Source of the DNA: Rhina ancylostomus
Taxonomy: Eukaryota
Length of the DNA stretch: 64,000 nt
Direction of reading: 5' to 3'
Assembly: GCA_030265395.1 (NCBI GenBank)
Contig: JARFYF010000007.1
Coordinates: forward strand, 62,637,767-62,701,766
The translations under genes were made by a program, and so were the position numbers. Below are positions 51,116-64,000 of the stretch, piece after piece. Below the pieces are notes generated by a model that saw only the letters and a program-made list of their open reading frames with translations, made no database searches and was not told the DNA's origin. How positions within the stretch are numbered: position 1 is the stretch's first letter; each line of letters begins with the position of its first letter.

Positions 51116-52759
51116 TCGAGAATAAACAGTTGATCACTGACAATGACAAACCAAAAGAAAATCAAGAAACTTCAGCAGTGAAAATATTCAGAGAACCTCC
51201 TGGAACAATGTACTGATACTTACTGATTGCAAATTAACATAATTACATATAACCGGAGAATTGAGTCTAGAACTAGGGGTTATAGTGTCAAGATCAGGGG
51301 TCAGACATACTGAATCACTGGAATTCTTTAACCCAGAAAGCGGTCAAGACACTGAGATTAGCAAGATATAGTAATGGGGCAGGTAAATGGGGTTGAGGCA
51401 GATGATCAGCCATGATTACATTAACCAGGCTTGAGGAATTGATCATATGAATTGTTCCTTGTCCTTTTTTTATATTGAAAACTCAGATAACAGATTTCAG
51501 CCACATGACTGTTAGAATCACCTTCCCATGAAGACATACTTTTAATAAACTAATATTAAATAATTACAATGATTGTAGAGCATACCTACAGAGTATTCAA
51601 CCCAATTCATTTATGCTCCACACAAGCTTCTCCCATTCCATTACACCTGAGCTGGCAGGCATAAACTTCTATTCATCTGTTTGCTCATTTGGCCTCCCTT
51701 TAAATATATCTATATTATTTGCTTCAATTAGTCCTCAAGGTGGTGCTTTAATTATTTTCTAAGTAAATAAATTCCTGTTACATTTCCAACTGGATTTGGT
51801 GAAAACATCTTGCCTTTGAATTGCCAACTGTAGAAGTGTGCCTGTTACTACCCCATTGATCCACTTCATCAGTTTTAAGATGACTTCTCATTGTTACAGC
51901 AAAACTGTGTAAAGCTAAAAGAATTTCCTTTAAATATATTTCATTAACCACACTTTTGTCAAATTCCGTGAACAATTTTAAGTAAGTAGCAGTTACAGGA
52001 TATAATAGGCATGTGATGGGTGGCAGGGACAAGATGAGATGAAGAATCTCTTCCTGTATGACTCTAGGAGAGATATACCCATGGGTTATGGTGTATGGTG
52101 GTGGACAATTAAGCAGCCACAGGAGGAGCATGCTCGAAGAACATTCCTACTCAACACAGCATAAAAGACTTTGTGCCATGCAGACAAGATGGCATTGTTT
52201 CTCCATCAAGGCTCCAAAGAAACTTTACACAATCTAAATTAAATAAGATTAAACATTAATTTTTTTTAGAGATTCTCCCAAATATCTTTGGCAAAATGCT
52301 CCAAGGAACCTCTGGAGAAATAATGTAAATTAGATAAATTTAAAAATGACAAGGCTGTGCACAGAAGAGCACAGTGGTGCATCTGTGCACAGCTGCTTCA
52401 CAGCTCCAGAGACCTAGGTTCAGTCCTGACCTTAGGTGCCACCTTTGTGGAGCTTTCCCTTCAACTATCTGCGTTTCCTCCAGATGCTCTGGTGGACTTC
52501 CCATATGGCAAAAGCATGCTGCCCCATGCTTGTAAATTGTTTCAAGTGTAGGTTTGTGACAATATTTTTTATAATCCACACCAACAATTGTTTGAATACA
52601 GCTTAAAACTATTTTGACCTAGGTTATTAGGAGGTCCGTATCTATGTGGTTTTGGTGAAATCCAAATGAGGCATCAATGAGCAGGTTACTGAAGAGCAAA
52701 TGCTGCTTGATAGCACTGCTCATGATACCTTCTTTCGCTTTTCTGATGATTCAGTGTAG

Positions 52760-52883
52760 AACAGAGCTGGTCATTGACTTTAGGAAAGAAGGCAGTGTAC
52801 ATGCACCTGGTGCTGAGGTCGAGAGGGTTGACAGCTTCATGTTCCTGGGAGTGAACATCACTAACAACCTGTCCTTCCTCAGG
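52760..52883 (+). mobile_element. Rex1/Babar RT C-terminal fragment
   Basis: TELVIDFRK..GAEVERVDSFMFLGVNITNNLS. Confidence 0.8.
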
Positions 52884-53929
52884 NNNNNNNNNNNNNNNNN
52901 NNNNNNNNNNNNNNNNNNNNNNNNNNNNNNNNNNNNNNNNNNNNNNNNNNNNNNNNNNNNNNNNNNNNNNNNNNNNNNNNNNNNNNNNNNNNNNNNNNNN
53001 NNNNNNNNNNNNNNNNNNNNNNNNNNNNNNNNNNNNNNNNNNNNNNNNNNNNNNNNNNNNNNNNNNNNNNNNNNNNNNNNNNNNNNNNNNNNNNNNNNNN
53101 NNNNNNNNNNNNNNNNNNNNNNNNNNNNNNNNNNNNNNNNNNNNNNNNNNNNNNNNNNNNNNNNNNNNNNNNNNNNNNNNNNNNNNNNNNNNNNNNNNNN
53201 NNNNNNNNNNNNNNNNNNNNNNNNNNNNNNNNNNNNNNNNNNAGTGGAGCAATTCTTTCTCAGATTCTCTCTAAACCTCCTACCCTTTACATTAAACTTC
53301 TCTTACCTCATCTAGTTTTACATCCCTCTACTAAGGGGAAAAGTTTACTATTTTCTATCCAATCCAGTCCAGACTGAAGGGAAAACCCACTGAAGGAGGG
53401 TACCGAGGTATACAGGGGTTGGGGGGTGTGTGGAGGAAGTAGTCTGGGAGTCCTCAGTTTGACTCCAGATCCTTTAAAGTCTCATGGCATCATGCCAAAC
53501 ATGGACAAGGAAACCTCCTCTAGATTATCACCTACTGTCATTAGAAAAACACCCAAAAGAAGCCTGAAAATAGCAAGGACTCAAGCACTCTTCTTGGTGT
53601 CTTCAGTATCCAATGCCAACAATAATTTGGTGGCACTAGCACTGACTGAACTGGCTAAGTCCTGAGAATATCACTGCCAGGAGGGGCTGCAGCAGCAAAC
53701 CAACAAGAGTTAAATGTACTTGACCTCAACCTCACCTATCCAACTATTACAGATGAATGTGACAATGACAGAGATGATTGTGAGGGTGGACTCAAGTGAA
53801 AAAATGCCTAAGATATATGCTGTCCACAAAAAGCAGGATAATTACAATCAAACCAACTACTATCCAAAATGATGAATGGCATAGTCAAATATGCTATCAT
53901 TTATTCTCCAATAATTTACTCACTGATGA

Positions 53930-54960
53930 CTAGTTTGGGTTACACTTGGACCACTCAGTTCTGGACCTCATCACAGCTTTAGTCTGAACAAGGGGCGAAT
54001 TAACTGAATTTCAGAGATAAGGTGACAGTGACAGCTCCTGTGTTCAAGGCGATGTTTGACTAAGTATGGGTTAAAGTACATTATGGGGAAAACACTTCAG
54101 TGATTAAAATCATGCATCACAGGATGGCTGTGGTTGCTGAAGTCCATCAGATCAGACCCAGGTCACCCCTGCAGCAGTTCCTCAGTGCACTGTCCTACAT
54201 CCAACCATGGTCAATGTGTATCCTTCCATCATTTGGTTAGAAGAGGGTATCCCATTCACAAGTCCTGAACAAATGATCAGGCCTTCATGGAATAAAATGT
54301 AGACAACATTCAAGCATGGGCTGCTAAGTGCCAAGTAATATTCATGCCACACAAGTGCTGGGCAGTGACCAAAAGGGAGTCCAACCATCTATCCTGAGAT
54401 TCCACAGCATTAGCATTGCTGAGACTCCCACCATCAACATCTTTTAGATTACTATTGAATAAAATATCAACTGGACTAGCCACATCAATATGATGGCCCA
54501 AGTGTAACCCAAACTAGAGCAGGTCAAACTCTGGATACTCTGTGGTTAGTAACTCACGTCCTGACACCCCAAAGCCTTAGGAATCACTACCATCACCAGC
54601 CACAAGCAAGGAGCATAATGGAATACTCACCACTTGCCTGGACAAATACAACGCCAACACTCACGGAACTTGACAACATCCAGAATACCCAGGACAACAC
54701 TTAATTGGCACCACGTCCGTCACTGTAAAATTCATTCCCTCCACCATCACGCAGCTGCATTATATATAACCTACAAAATGCACAGCAGTTACTTACCTAG
54801 GCTACTCTGACAGACCTTCAATCTGTATCACCAAGAAGCACAACAGCAGTAGGCTCATAGAAGCACCACCACTTATGTATACCCTTCCAAAGAACACACC
54901 ATCTTGATTTGTAAATTCATTACAAGTCCTTCAGCACTGAGTCATAGTTCTGAAGATCCC
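53930..54960 (+). mobile_element. CR1-group LINE RT/3' region, decayed
   Basis: Parallels 32408-32700 reversed; VPQCTVLHP, DNIQAWAAKCQVIFMPHKCWA, IMEYSPLAW. Confidence 0.75.
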
Positions 54961-55289
54961 TGTCAGAAACAATCTGTATCTAATAGTTGAGGTGTGAGGA
55001 ATAAAACACTATTCAAGAAGAAATTATAAGCACTTAGAACGGACAACAGTGGAGCTTTCTTTCTGTGTTCATATTGAAGATTAGAGATTGGGATAGAAAT
55101 TTTGTCAATATTTATGATTGGATGAGTGGATAAAAAGCTTAAAGGCAAATAGCAGCAGGCAATTGATAAATTTAATTCCACTTATTCAGTACTGCAGGGC
55201 TAATCAGAGCAAATGATGTGTTTCTATGTTGTAACCTCTATATAAATGCAATGTGAAAATACTCATTTTTATTCAGTTACTGAAAAAGC

Positions 55290-55440
55290 AAAAAAAAATA
55301 CAGATATTGGAAACTTGAAATGAAAACGGCCAGAAAGCTGATGAAGGATCATTGACTTGAAACATTAGTTCTGTTTCTCCCTTCATAGATGTTGCCTAAC
55401 TTACTGAGGGTATTTCCAGCATTTTCTGTTTTTATGTCAG
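55290..55440 (+). mobile_element. Penelope-derived fragment with hammerhead core
   Basis: CTGATGA(55338)-AGGATCATTGACTT-GAAA-CATT, followed by AGATGTTGCCTAACTTACTGAG..TTCCAGCATTTTCTGTTTTT. Confidence 0.7.
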
Positions 55441-55864
55441 TTCAACTCAGGCTAACTGCATCAGTGTTTATTCTTCACTTGAGTAGTGATCCTATTGTCT
55501 CCTGTCCACAACTATTTTGTCCTATTGTTGAATAACCTATAGAGAGAAAATTCATAGAGAGAAAAGATCAATTTTAAAGTCATTCTTTATGTTCAGAAAT
55601 ATGAAGTATTCCTTCTTTCTCTAAGGCAATATCCTTACAACAGTGTGCAGCCGAAAATATTGCATGGCAACCCAACCATTTTACATGGAATCATTTTTAC
55701 ATCTCAACAATCATGCTGCTTGTCATTCTCTTTTCATACATGTATTTTGTCCTTAATTAAAGCTTCCTAAATTTCAAGCTGTCACAACAATTGTGAATTT
55801 TGCCTGTGGAAAGGAATTCCATACCTGAGACTCAATGTCCCATAAGGGTGGGTAGCAGTAGGGG

Positions 55865-55939
55865 TGAGAGCAAGCGAGAGAGAGAGAGAGAGCACAAGAG
55901 AGAGACCGAGAGAGAGTGAGAGAGTGAGAGAGAGCAAGA
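55865..55939 (+). repeat. Imperfect (AG)n microsatellite
   Basis: Direct reading; runs into a small gap. Confidence 0.9.
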
Positions 55940-56774
55940 NNNNNNNNNNGTGAGATCATAAGTTGGTATGTAATCAGCATGGCTTCATTGCCTCAGCCAT
56001 TAGATTTCTGAATGGTCCCTGAACCCATGAACAATACTTTATTATTACTTCTTTTTGCACTATTTATTTATTTTATAATTTATAGTAATTTCATGTCTTT
56101 GCACTGCACTGCTGCTGCAAAACAGCAGGTTTCATGACGTGTAGGTTAGTAATAGTAAACCTGATTCTGATCCAATGGGTATACTAGCATTGCATTTTTT
56201 GAGGAAATTACAACCCAAGTAAAAATTGAAAATACCTGCACAGCATCCAGTCAAAACAAAAGGACAAGTAGACAAGTTATTCTTCTAAAGAGATGAGGAA
56301 GATATGTGCAAACAAAAAGGTCACACTAATCAGGGAATTTAACTAACCTGACATTAACTGGAAATGCCAAGCAATCTTGAATCTGAGCTGATGAATGTAA
56401 TACATGACTGATTTATGATTCAATGTATTAGTAATGTCAAGAGAGCTATTGCATTTCAAATCTGGTAATCAGATTGACTTGGATAGAATGCCAGGAAAGT
56501 GACACTCAAACAATTGTCTCTTTAACATAATTAAGTTTGACAAAATCTGGTATAAACCCTAATACATATATAACATTATTTAATAAAACCAACTGTAGGA
56601 GAATGATTATGTAAGGAATTTGCCTGACAGACAAGACTGAGGTATCCTTAAGTTAATGAAAAGTGTACAACTTTAAGAGCATCCTGTTGGGGATATGTTT
56701 ACTTGCACCCTAAAGGATAAAATAATAAGCACAGATTAAATAAGCAGATTGCTGGAAATAAAGCAATGGCAACT

Positions 56775-57330
56775 ATTTACTTACTTAGTCATTGCTCTAA
56801 ACACCAGAGATGTAAAAGGTCTATGGTGCACTCTTCCACACCTATCTGTTTCTAGCATTTTTTCCAATGATTCCCCAGCTATACCCCAGGTTTCTCAGCT
56901 TTCCTTCTACAGCTTTTCACCAAGTTGTTTACAGTCTTGTTTTCATTTGCCTTCAAGTGTACATCATTTTGTTATTCCAGTCTTGAAATCATGTTCCATC
57001 TGCCAATCCACCTCCAACACCTCCTGTTAATGATGGTGTTCATATCTTCTTGGCTACACTGTACATGTAGGTCTTGGTTTGAGATCTCTCTGGGCAAAAG
57101 ATAAGGAGAACTTTTCTGAGGCACGCTGTATAAAATGGAGACAGTTTGAACATGTCGTACTGTCATTTACCAGCATCCTACATATTATTGAGTAGTGTTA
57201 AAAATACATAACTCTTGAGTTTCTTTTGGTGTAATATTTTGATGATTTAAGTTCCTGAAGGTATTCCTGGCTTTGATAATTCTGTTCCTGATGGCCTGGC
57301 TGATGGTGCTAGCAAAGAATATGGATGTTT
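56775..57330 (-). mobile_element. RTE-clade LINE 3' end, decayed
   Basis: PREISNQDLHVQCSQEDMNTIINRRCWRWIG, then TLEGK*K..TTW*KAVEGKLRNLGYSWG; short (TAAG)n tail. Confidence 0.75.
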
Positions 57331-60300
57331 TGCATTACTAAGAACACGTACTTCTATCCATACATGTGTTGATGAGGCAATGTTAAAATTAATGATATCT
57401 GCTGTGCTCCAGTTAACTTTCAGTCTGATTTGCTGCCTGAATGTATTGAGTCACTTTGTTTTATTCTCAAGAGATGTGTTGGGAATGTGTTGGGGAGTGG
57501 GGGTTGGGAGGATGTGCACAAGGCAGTTGGGGCTTGCAATGATAATTGACAGGAATAGGATGTTGGGGAGTCAGGGACCCAAATGGTCACAGGGATGGCA
57601 GATCGGGTAAATGGGTCCCAAGACCTCAAGCAATCGCAGGGTCAGCAAGGAGAGTGGTGGTGGACCAAGGGATTGGTGGGGTGGTGGCTGAAAGTGTGGT
57701 GAATCAGTGCAGAGCAAATGGCGATGGCTAAAGGGCAAGAGGTAAATAATTAACTTATCTGACTAGGTCCCAGTACAGCAAAGTGCTAAGAAGAATCATT
57801 GCCCCAGACATGGTCAACAACAGGCACTCCTAGAACAAGGTGGTCAAAGTCCCCATGCAATGCTCCAAAAGGAGCACTACAATGCAAGTGACATCATTTC
57901 TTGTCTTCAACGCAGAATTTGCTTAATGGGCACAAGGGATGTATTATTTTAATTTTCTGACAGACTCAAAATGATCCAGAAGTGGTCCGTATCATGTTTC
58001 ATTCAGGAAAAGAAAATTATTTTCAATTGCATAACATTGAAAACAAAAACAGCGTTATGTAATTGTATTTCTCAGCACTGTTGTTTACAGTTCAGTTACT
58101 CATTGAGTAAACTAGCCCTTGGGGAATTGCTCTGAANNNNNNNNNNNNNNNNNNNNNNNNNNNNNNNNNNNNNNNGGAACCTTTTTGCGCACATATGATT
58201 TCACAGAAGCAGCTGGACAAAGGCTGAGCCAAGCCAAGAACACTGCCAATCATTCAGACTGTATTTATCTGATTTAAGGAGCTGAAGTTTTTTCAGGATT
58301 GTTTAAAGGACAGAAAAATCCTTTGCTACCGCTACAAAAGATGACTGGTTAATAAAGAAATCGTAACTTGTTACTTTCTTTCTCCTTACACCCTTTGTAT
58401 ATTCCTGGGTATTTTGATGCCAGCTTAAACTGTGCTGCACTTTGTGACGTCCATATCATATTCCTGAGTAATTTTTTTGCATTCTTTATATTGAATTTTG
58501 TATTGAAAGAACACTTGAATTTTTTGGATTTAATCAATAAACGGGGCAAGTTATTTTTAATCAACAAAACTGTGTTAGCAAAATATATTAAGGATGCAAA
58601 ATATTTTTATTCATTGTGGTTTAAGAATGCTGTAAGTGGCTTTCAAAAATGCTCAAATAGATTGTGGCATGGTGTGGCATTGGTGAGAAGAGCTGGCTCA
58701 ATTGGAAGAAATGGCTCACAAGAAAAATATACAAAAGAAAATCTTAAAATGAGCACTAATAAAGACTGAGAAAACAATAAAGCCTGAACCAAAACTAAAT
58801 ATTGAAAAATTTAAGCTCTACTTAATACTAGTCTCCCTACTACTACGCTGGACTCAATATCTTAAAAATTAAATAACATGACATCCTCAACTATACAATT
58901 TAATTTGAAAAGATTTCTAAGCAAGAACTTTCTTAAAAACATTGTTTACTTTTCCCAGAATAATACTATATGCCAATTCAACAGGCTTTAAGCTAATCAT
59001 ATAAGTATTTTGTCTCTCATTTTCATAGAGATAATTGTAATGCATCAAAAGCACAGCCTATTTAAAAAAATGGTTTACATGGCTATTAACTTATTCAAGT
59101 TCAAGTTAATGCCAAAATATCAGTTTTCATGAGTTCACATACATAATTATAATGTATAGCTTTTAAATAAATACACATATATATTTGCATTTAACTATTT
59201 ATGCATTTGGACCTAGCTGAATTTGTAAAACTATGAGAACTCTGTTCTAATTTTAAACATCTTTATGGAATAATTATTTGCATGTTAGCCTCAACGATTA
59301 CAATCAACAAATTATTTAGACTAAAAGACTAACAGCTCCACATAGTGGATACATTTGATACACTCACGTAAGAATGAAGGAAGTGTTACTTGGAATACAG
59401 TCTATGCAATATTACCATTTAGATGTTTAATGTTCTAGAATTTGCAGACAGCCTAGAGCTGCCAGCAATTGCCATTGACTATCAAATAAAGTTCAAATGA
59501 AGCTGATGTAATTCCCATAATATGAACATGTGATTGGAGCCAATTTTTCCTCTCACTGCAAAGGTCTGCAAGTCATATGGAGGCAAAAATGAACCCAGTA
59601 CACCGTAATGCTGCAAACAGTGACAGGTGGCTGAGCCAGGACTCCTGGCTAATTTGGTGGTGCTGATAAATAAATGGAATGTTGCTGAATGTTTCTGCAT
59701 TCCCATGAAAACGCCAACGTGTTGGGGTTATGTATTGTCATGTTACGTGATGTGATGTGGATTAACTATTCTCCAATGTCATGTGAGGAAACATGAACAA
59801 CAAACAGCAATGAAATCAGAGTCAGTGCTTTCGCAGAAATAGTTGCTATATTTAAGAGGAGCCACTGACCGATTGAAAATAAATTGGTTAAATCCTTTTG
59901 GTAAATAGCAAAGGAAATGTGGAAATTCATAACACCAGAGAAGGAGCTTTTTAGGGTGGCTGTGTGCCAATAACTATTTGATACAAAAACCAGCAGCGCC
60001 TAAGGGCAAAACATCGGGTGCTACTGAATAACACTAATATGTTTTCCTTCATGCAGTTTGCCAAAACAGAACATACAATATAAAGTATCAGGTAAATACT
60101 GGACTACAGCCAAATCCAGAATTCACACTGAATAGGTTTGGCATTCAGGAGTCCAACTGGGACCTTGATAGGAGTCAGAATGAGGCCTTGACAAAGGTTG
60201 AATCAGGAATTGGGGTGGAGTCAGGAGGACTAAAGGGAATGGAGCAAGAGTTGATGAGAAGGGTGGTGCAGGGGATGCTGTGGTCAGCAAGTTTTTGCCA

Positions 60301-60789
60301 TGGGGAAAGGCAATTGAGGGCTTCGACTAGAATCAGGGAGCGAGGATGGGGTCCAGGAACAATCATACAATGGGGAGCAATTGGAGTTGTCAATGCCAAA
60401 GATCAAAGTCAAAGTTGAGTTTATTGTTATATGCGCAAGTAAATGAATGCACAGACAGAGAGCAAAGTTCAGTAAGTATTTGGAGTGTCTTTTAACAATT
60501 GGACAGCCAAAGAATGATGCTGGTAGGTGGGTGAGAGGTGTGTTCGATGCCAGAAGGGGGTACCCAATGGAGAGAAGCGAAGAACTTTAGAAAAGAGGGT
60601 TTTCAGCCTCAAAGCTGGAATTTACTCAGGGAACACCAATGACAGCAGACCTCAGAAGAATTTGATCTAATTTCCTATGAGACCCCTGAAGCAAGTATCT
60701 GAAGTGGAAATCATGTCCTTGGTGCAAGCACAGATCTATTATCACACCACTGAACACAAAATCTAAATGGACACTTCAATGCAGATATA

Positions 60790-61020
60790 AAAGAGTGTTG
60801 TCCTCTCAGAAGTGCTGCCTTTCAAATAAGACTTCAGACCCAGGATGCCCATGTGAAAGTAAATGATCATGTGGCACGATCTAGCAGAAAAGAGACCTTC
60901 CCAGTTNNNNNNNNNNTGATATATAACCCTTAATCCAACATCATAATCAGTTCTGTGCCCATGGAACAGAACATAAATTGACTTTTGTATTTCCTACTTT
61001 GCAACCCTTCAAAAGTATTA
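60790..61020 (+). mobile_element. SacSINE1-like Deu-domain SINE fragment
   Basis: CAGAAGTGCTGCCTTTCA.ATAAGAC..GTAAATGATCATGTGGCAC..AAATTGAC...GTATTTCCTAC..CTTCAAAAGTA; opposite orientation to 34930-35340. Confidence 0.55.
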
Positions 61021-61207
61021 GGCCTTGCACCCTAAGGCCATAAAAGAACTTTCTTTTCATTTTTTACGTTCTATGGTATTCATCATTTCAGGAAATTTTA
61101 TTCACTTTTTGACTTTTAATGGTCTTTCAATGCTGCACAGAGTGACAATTTTGTTTTATTTTAGTCAGTGTAGCTTCTATTATTTATGAACTTACACACA
61201 CACACAC

Positions 61208-61990
61208 AAATTAAGAGCAGGAGGACTGTAAGCCAACAGGCTCCTTGAGCCTGCTCCACCATTTAATAAGATCTTGGCTTATCTGACGATAACAACATTC
61301 CCATCCACTTATAACCTTTCACAAGCTTGAATATCAAGAATTTAAGTACCTTTGGCTAAAAAGTACTCTTGACTGTGTTTTCACCACTATTTTAGAAAGA
61401 GTGTTTCAAAGACCCACCACTACTCTCTGCAAGAAAAAACAATCGCCTCAATTCTGTCTTAAATGGGCGACTCCTTATTTTTAAACAGTGAATGTTAGTT
61501 CTAGATTCTCCCACAAAATAAAAAATCCTTTCCACACCCACTCTGTCAAGACCTCATACATTTGAATCGTCCAGCCTCACTCTTTTAAAGTCTAGCAGAT
61601 ACAAGCCTAATCTGTTCAATCTTTCCATATAAAACAACCTGCCCACTTTAGATACATCCTGTAAACCTTCACTGAACTGCTTCTGATATATTAACATCCT
61701 TCCTAAAATACAGAGACAATACTCTGCACAGTACTTCAAATGAGATATCCAGTTCTCTGTGTCTCAGAGTTCTGCATTTAGATGTTATGTTCTTTCCATT
61801 TTTTTCTGCCAAAATGGACAATTTCACATTTTACAATACTTATTCCACATGGCAAATTTTTGCCCATCCTTTGAACTTGTATCCCTTTGTAATCTCTTCA
61901 TGTTCTCTTAGCAACTATTTTCTTAATTATCTGTGGGACATTTGTAAATTTACCAACATATCTTTAGTGCCTTCATCCAAACTATTAATA
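61208..61990 (-). mobile_element. CR1 LINE ORF2 C-terminus/3' end
   Basis: KYCAEYC..YMERLNRLGLYLLDFKRVRLD; tail AAATTAAGAGCAGGAG..GAGCCTGCTCCACCATTTAATAAGATC. Confidence 0.8.
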
Positions 61991-62149
61991 AAAAAATTAA
62001 AATATGGTATATAATGCTTGCAGTTACACACAGTGACTGAGGTGAACAGATTTACTCATACACAGGTCATTTTCATATGTATCCACCTACTTTACATACA
62101 AATTTATAGGCCAGTAAATCCATGAATTACATATGTAAATGCAAATAAT

Positions 62150-62275
62150 AAAAAAGCTACAGCTGCTGGTGATCTGAAATGAGACCAGAAAATACTGAAA
62201 AAACTCAGCAGGACATGCAGCATTTATTGAAAAAGAAACAGCTAATGTTTCAGGTCAAAGATCCTTCATCAGAAT
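62150..62275 (-). mobile_element. Penelope-derived 3' fragment with hammerhead core
   Basis: Reverse strand: CTGATGA-AGGATCTTTGACCT-GAAA-CATTAGC, then TGCTGCATGTCCTGCTGAGT..CAGTATTTTCTG..CCAGCAGCTGTAG. Confidence 0.75.
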
Positions 62276-64000
62276 ATACCCTGTTTATGGCATTTACATT
62301 GTGTATGTACACCTCCAACAACAATAAACTTGACCTTTCCTTTTATCAATTCCATTGTGTTCTTCAATCGTGATTTAACTTTCACTACATTACTGATTGA
62401 GATGTTCTACATTTCTAATATTTTCCACTTTTGTATCAGTAATTTGTTACTGCAAATATTATTGTGATTGTACAAATTTGAATTTATTGAAGCATTGAGT
62501 GCAGTAAAGGAATAAAGTAAGCAGCATCATGAAATACAAAGTCAGAAATTATCACTAACATTTATCACAAATTATCATACAATATATATGTTTGTGAGAG
62601 TAACTTAATCAGAACATCTGCAACAGTTCATGGAGGCAGTTTACCACCACCTCTTAAGGATAATTTGAAATGCAAGTGATACCTCCATCCCAAAAAATAA
62701 AGGTAATGATAGATCACAACAAGCATTCCAATATAAAAATATGTCAACCCTTTTCCGTGGACACTTTAAAAATGCAATAGAATGCAACAAATTATGGTGG
62801 AACATTACAATATTTTGAATCTGTTGTACCTTAGCTATTCTACTGTTTTGTTTCCCAACACATGACAATATACCCTTCTAAAAGTTGGAAAATGCAACAC
62901 ATTTTTAAATTTTTTAAGTAAATATCACAGTAAATACATAGCAGTATCAAAATTGTTNNNNNNNNNNNNNNNNNNNNNNNNNNNNNNNNNNNNNNNNNNN
63001 NNNNNNNNNNNNNNNNNNNNNNNNNNNNNNNNNNNNNNNNNNNNNNNNNNNNNNNNNTTGAACACATTGGTTGAAAATTCTTCAGCATCCAAAAATGCAT
63101 TGCACAGGGATTTATTTGTGCCTTTTCTGTTCAATGCTGCAGTGGATGCATGATTTGCAATGTATCTTACACATTGCAACTGTGTGTGAAATTACTATGT
63201 ATATTTATATAAGAAAAGCACCTTAGGCTTAAATGTTTCCTAACAGAGCTTTAAGTAACTAAACAAAAAATTTTGAGGCATTTAATATGCACTATTTAAT
63301 AAGTAGCTGAATTCTTGTGTCTTTTTGTTGCTTATACTGCAAGCTACATAACTACAAGCAGTGCAGCTTATAGAGGTTCACTGATTTCCGCATTAAGGTA
63401 CATATAGGCAAAAATCCAGAAGTTGCTATCAATTTGTGGAGCAATGACAGCAAACAGTGATAGTTTTGCAGCCATTATCACCACTCTAAAAATTCTGTTT
63501 TGTGTGTGATGTACTTTCTTAAAGCTTACAAAATGTTTCTTTTTTTTGTAAAATATCTCAATTAAATCAAATTTTATGGCATAAAGAGAAGTTATTCAGT
63601 ACAGGACATCGATGCCAATAATAATGCTCCACATTACTAAGAACAGAAGAAATAGAAGCAGGATTGCGCCATTTGACCCCTTGTGACCCTGGGTTCGTGG
63701 GTTGTCCTCACTCTGGACCATACAATTTCTCCAGGGTGAGACAGGGTGCAGTTGTGTGCTGGCAGTTGGCTCCCAGCTCATCAGTGAGGTACAGTGAGGC
63801 CCCACCATCACCTTCACCCCCAACAGCCCCAGCATGCCAGCTGTAAAACCTACCATTTAGACTGTAGCGTCTTTGATACTCACAAACTTTCACAATTGCT
63901 CAGGATTTGACAAAAATTAAAACTGATGTCAAACAACTACGGTATTTAAAACAATGTTTTAAAATTAAAACAATTAAAATATTTCATCTCAAAATTAAAT

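Noticed and set aside
57470-57960. G-rich tracts (also ~60150-60400 and C-rich ~30230-30830)
   Set aside because: Probably decayed non-autonomous transposon interiors, but I could not define ends or a family.
59670-59706. TGGAATGT (miR-1/206 seed-like) within a short hairpin
   Set aside because: The rest does not match miR-1/206 and the stem is too short for a pre-miRNA.

Overview
AT-rich, gap-ridden (many 100-N scaffold gaps) vertebrate genomic DNA. Its repeat repertoire (CR1/HER1-type LINEs, HE1/V-type tRNA SINEs, a SacSINE1-like Deu-domain SINE, Penelope-like elements, Rex1/Babar, Tx1, RTE, Ty3/Gypsy and many decayed PIF/Harbinger copies) points to a cartilaginous fish, probably a ray or shark (inference from repeat families recalled from memory, not a search). 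I find no supportable host protein-coding exon, so the window looks intronic or intergenic. The ORF-track entries I could interpret are transposon remnants. The most unusual structure is at 1980-3807. A Gypsy-type LTR is followed by a 41-nt reverse copy of mature tRNA-Pro instead of an 18-nt primer-binding site. That copy is mismatched at the m1A58 position and breaks down at the m1G37 position. An inverted copy of the LTR start follows, and a 4-bp TSD (CAAA) bounds the whole unit. Also notable are minimal hammerhead ribozyme motifs in Penelope ends, Penelope fold-backs, SINE tail swapping and a decayed RTE. Repeat boundaries are approximate (read by eye).
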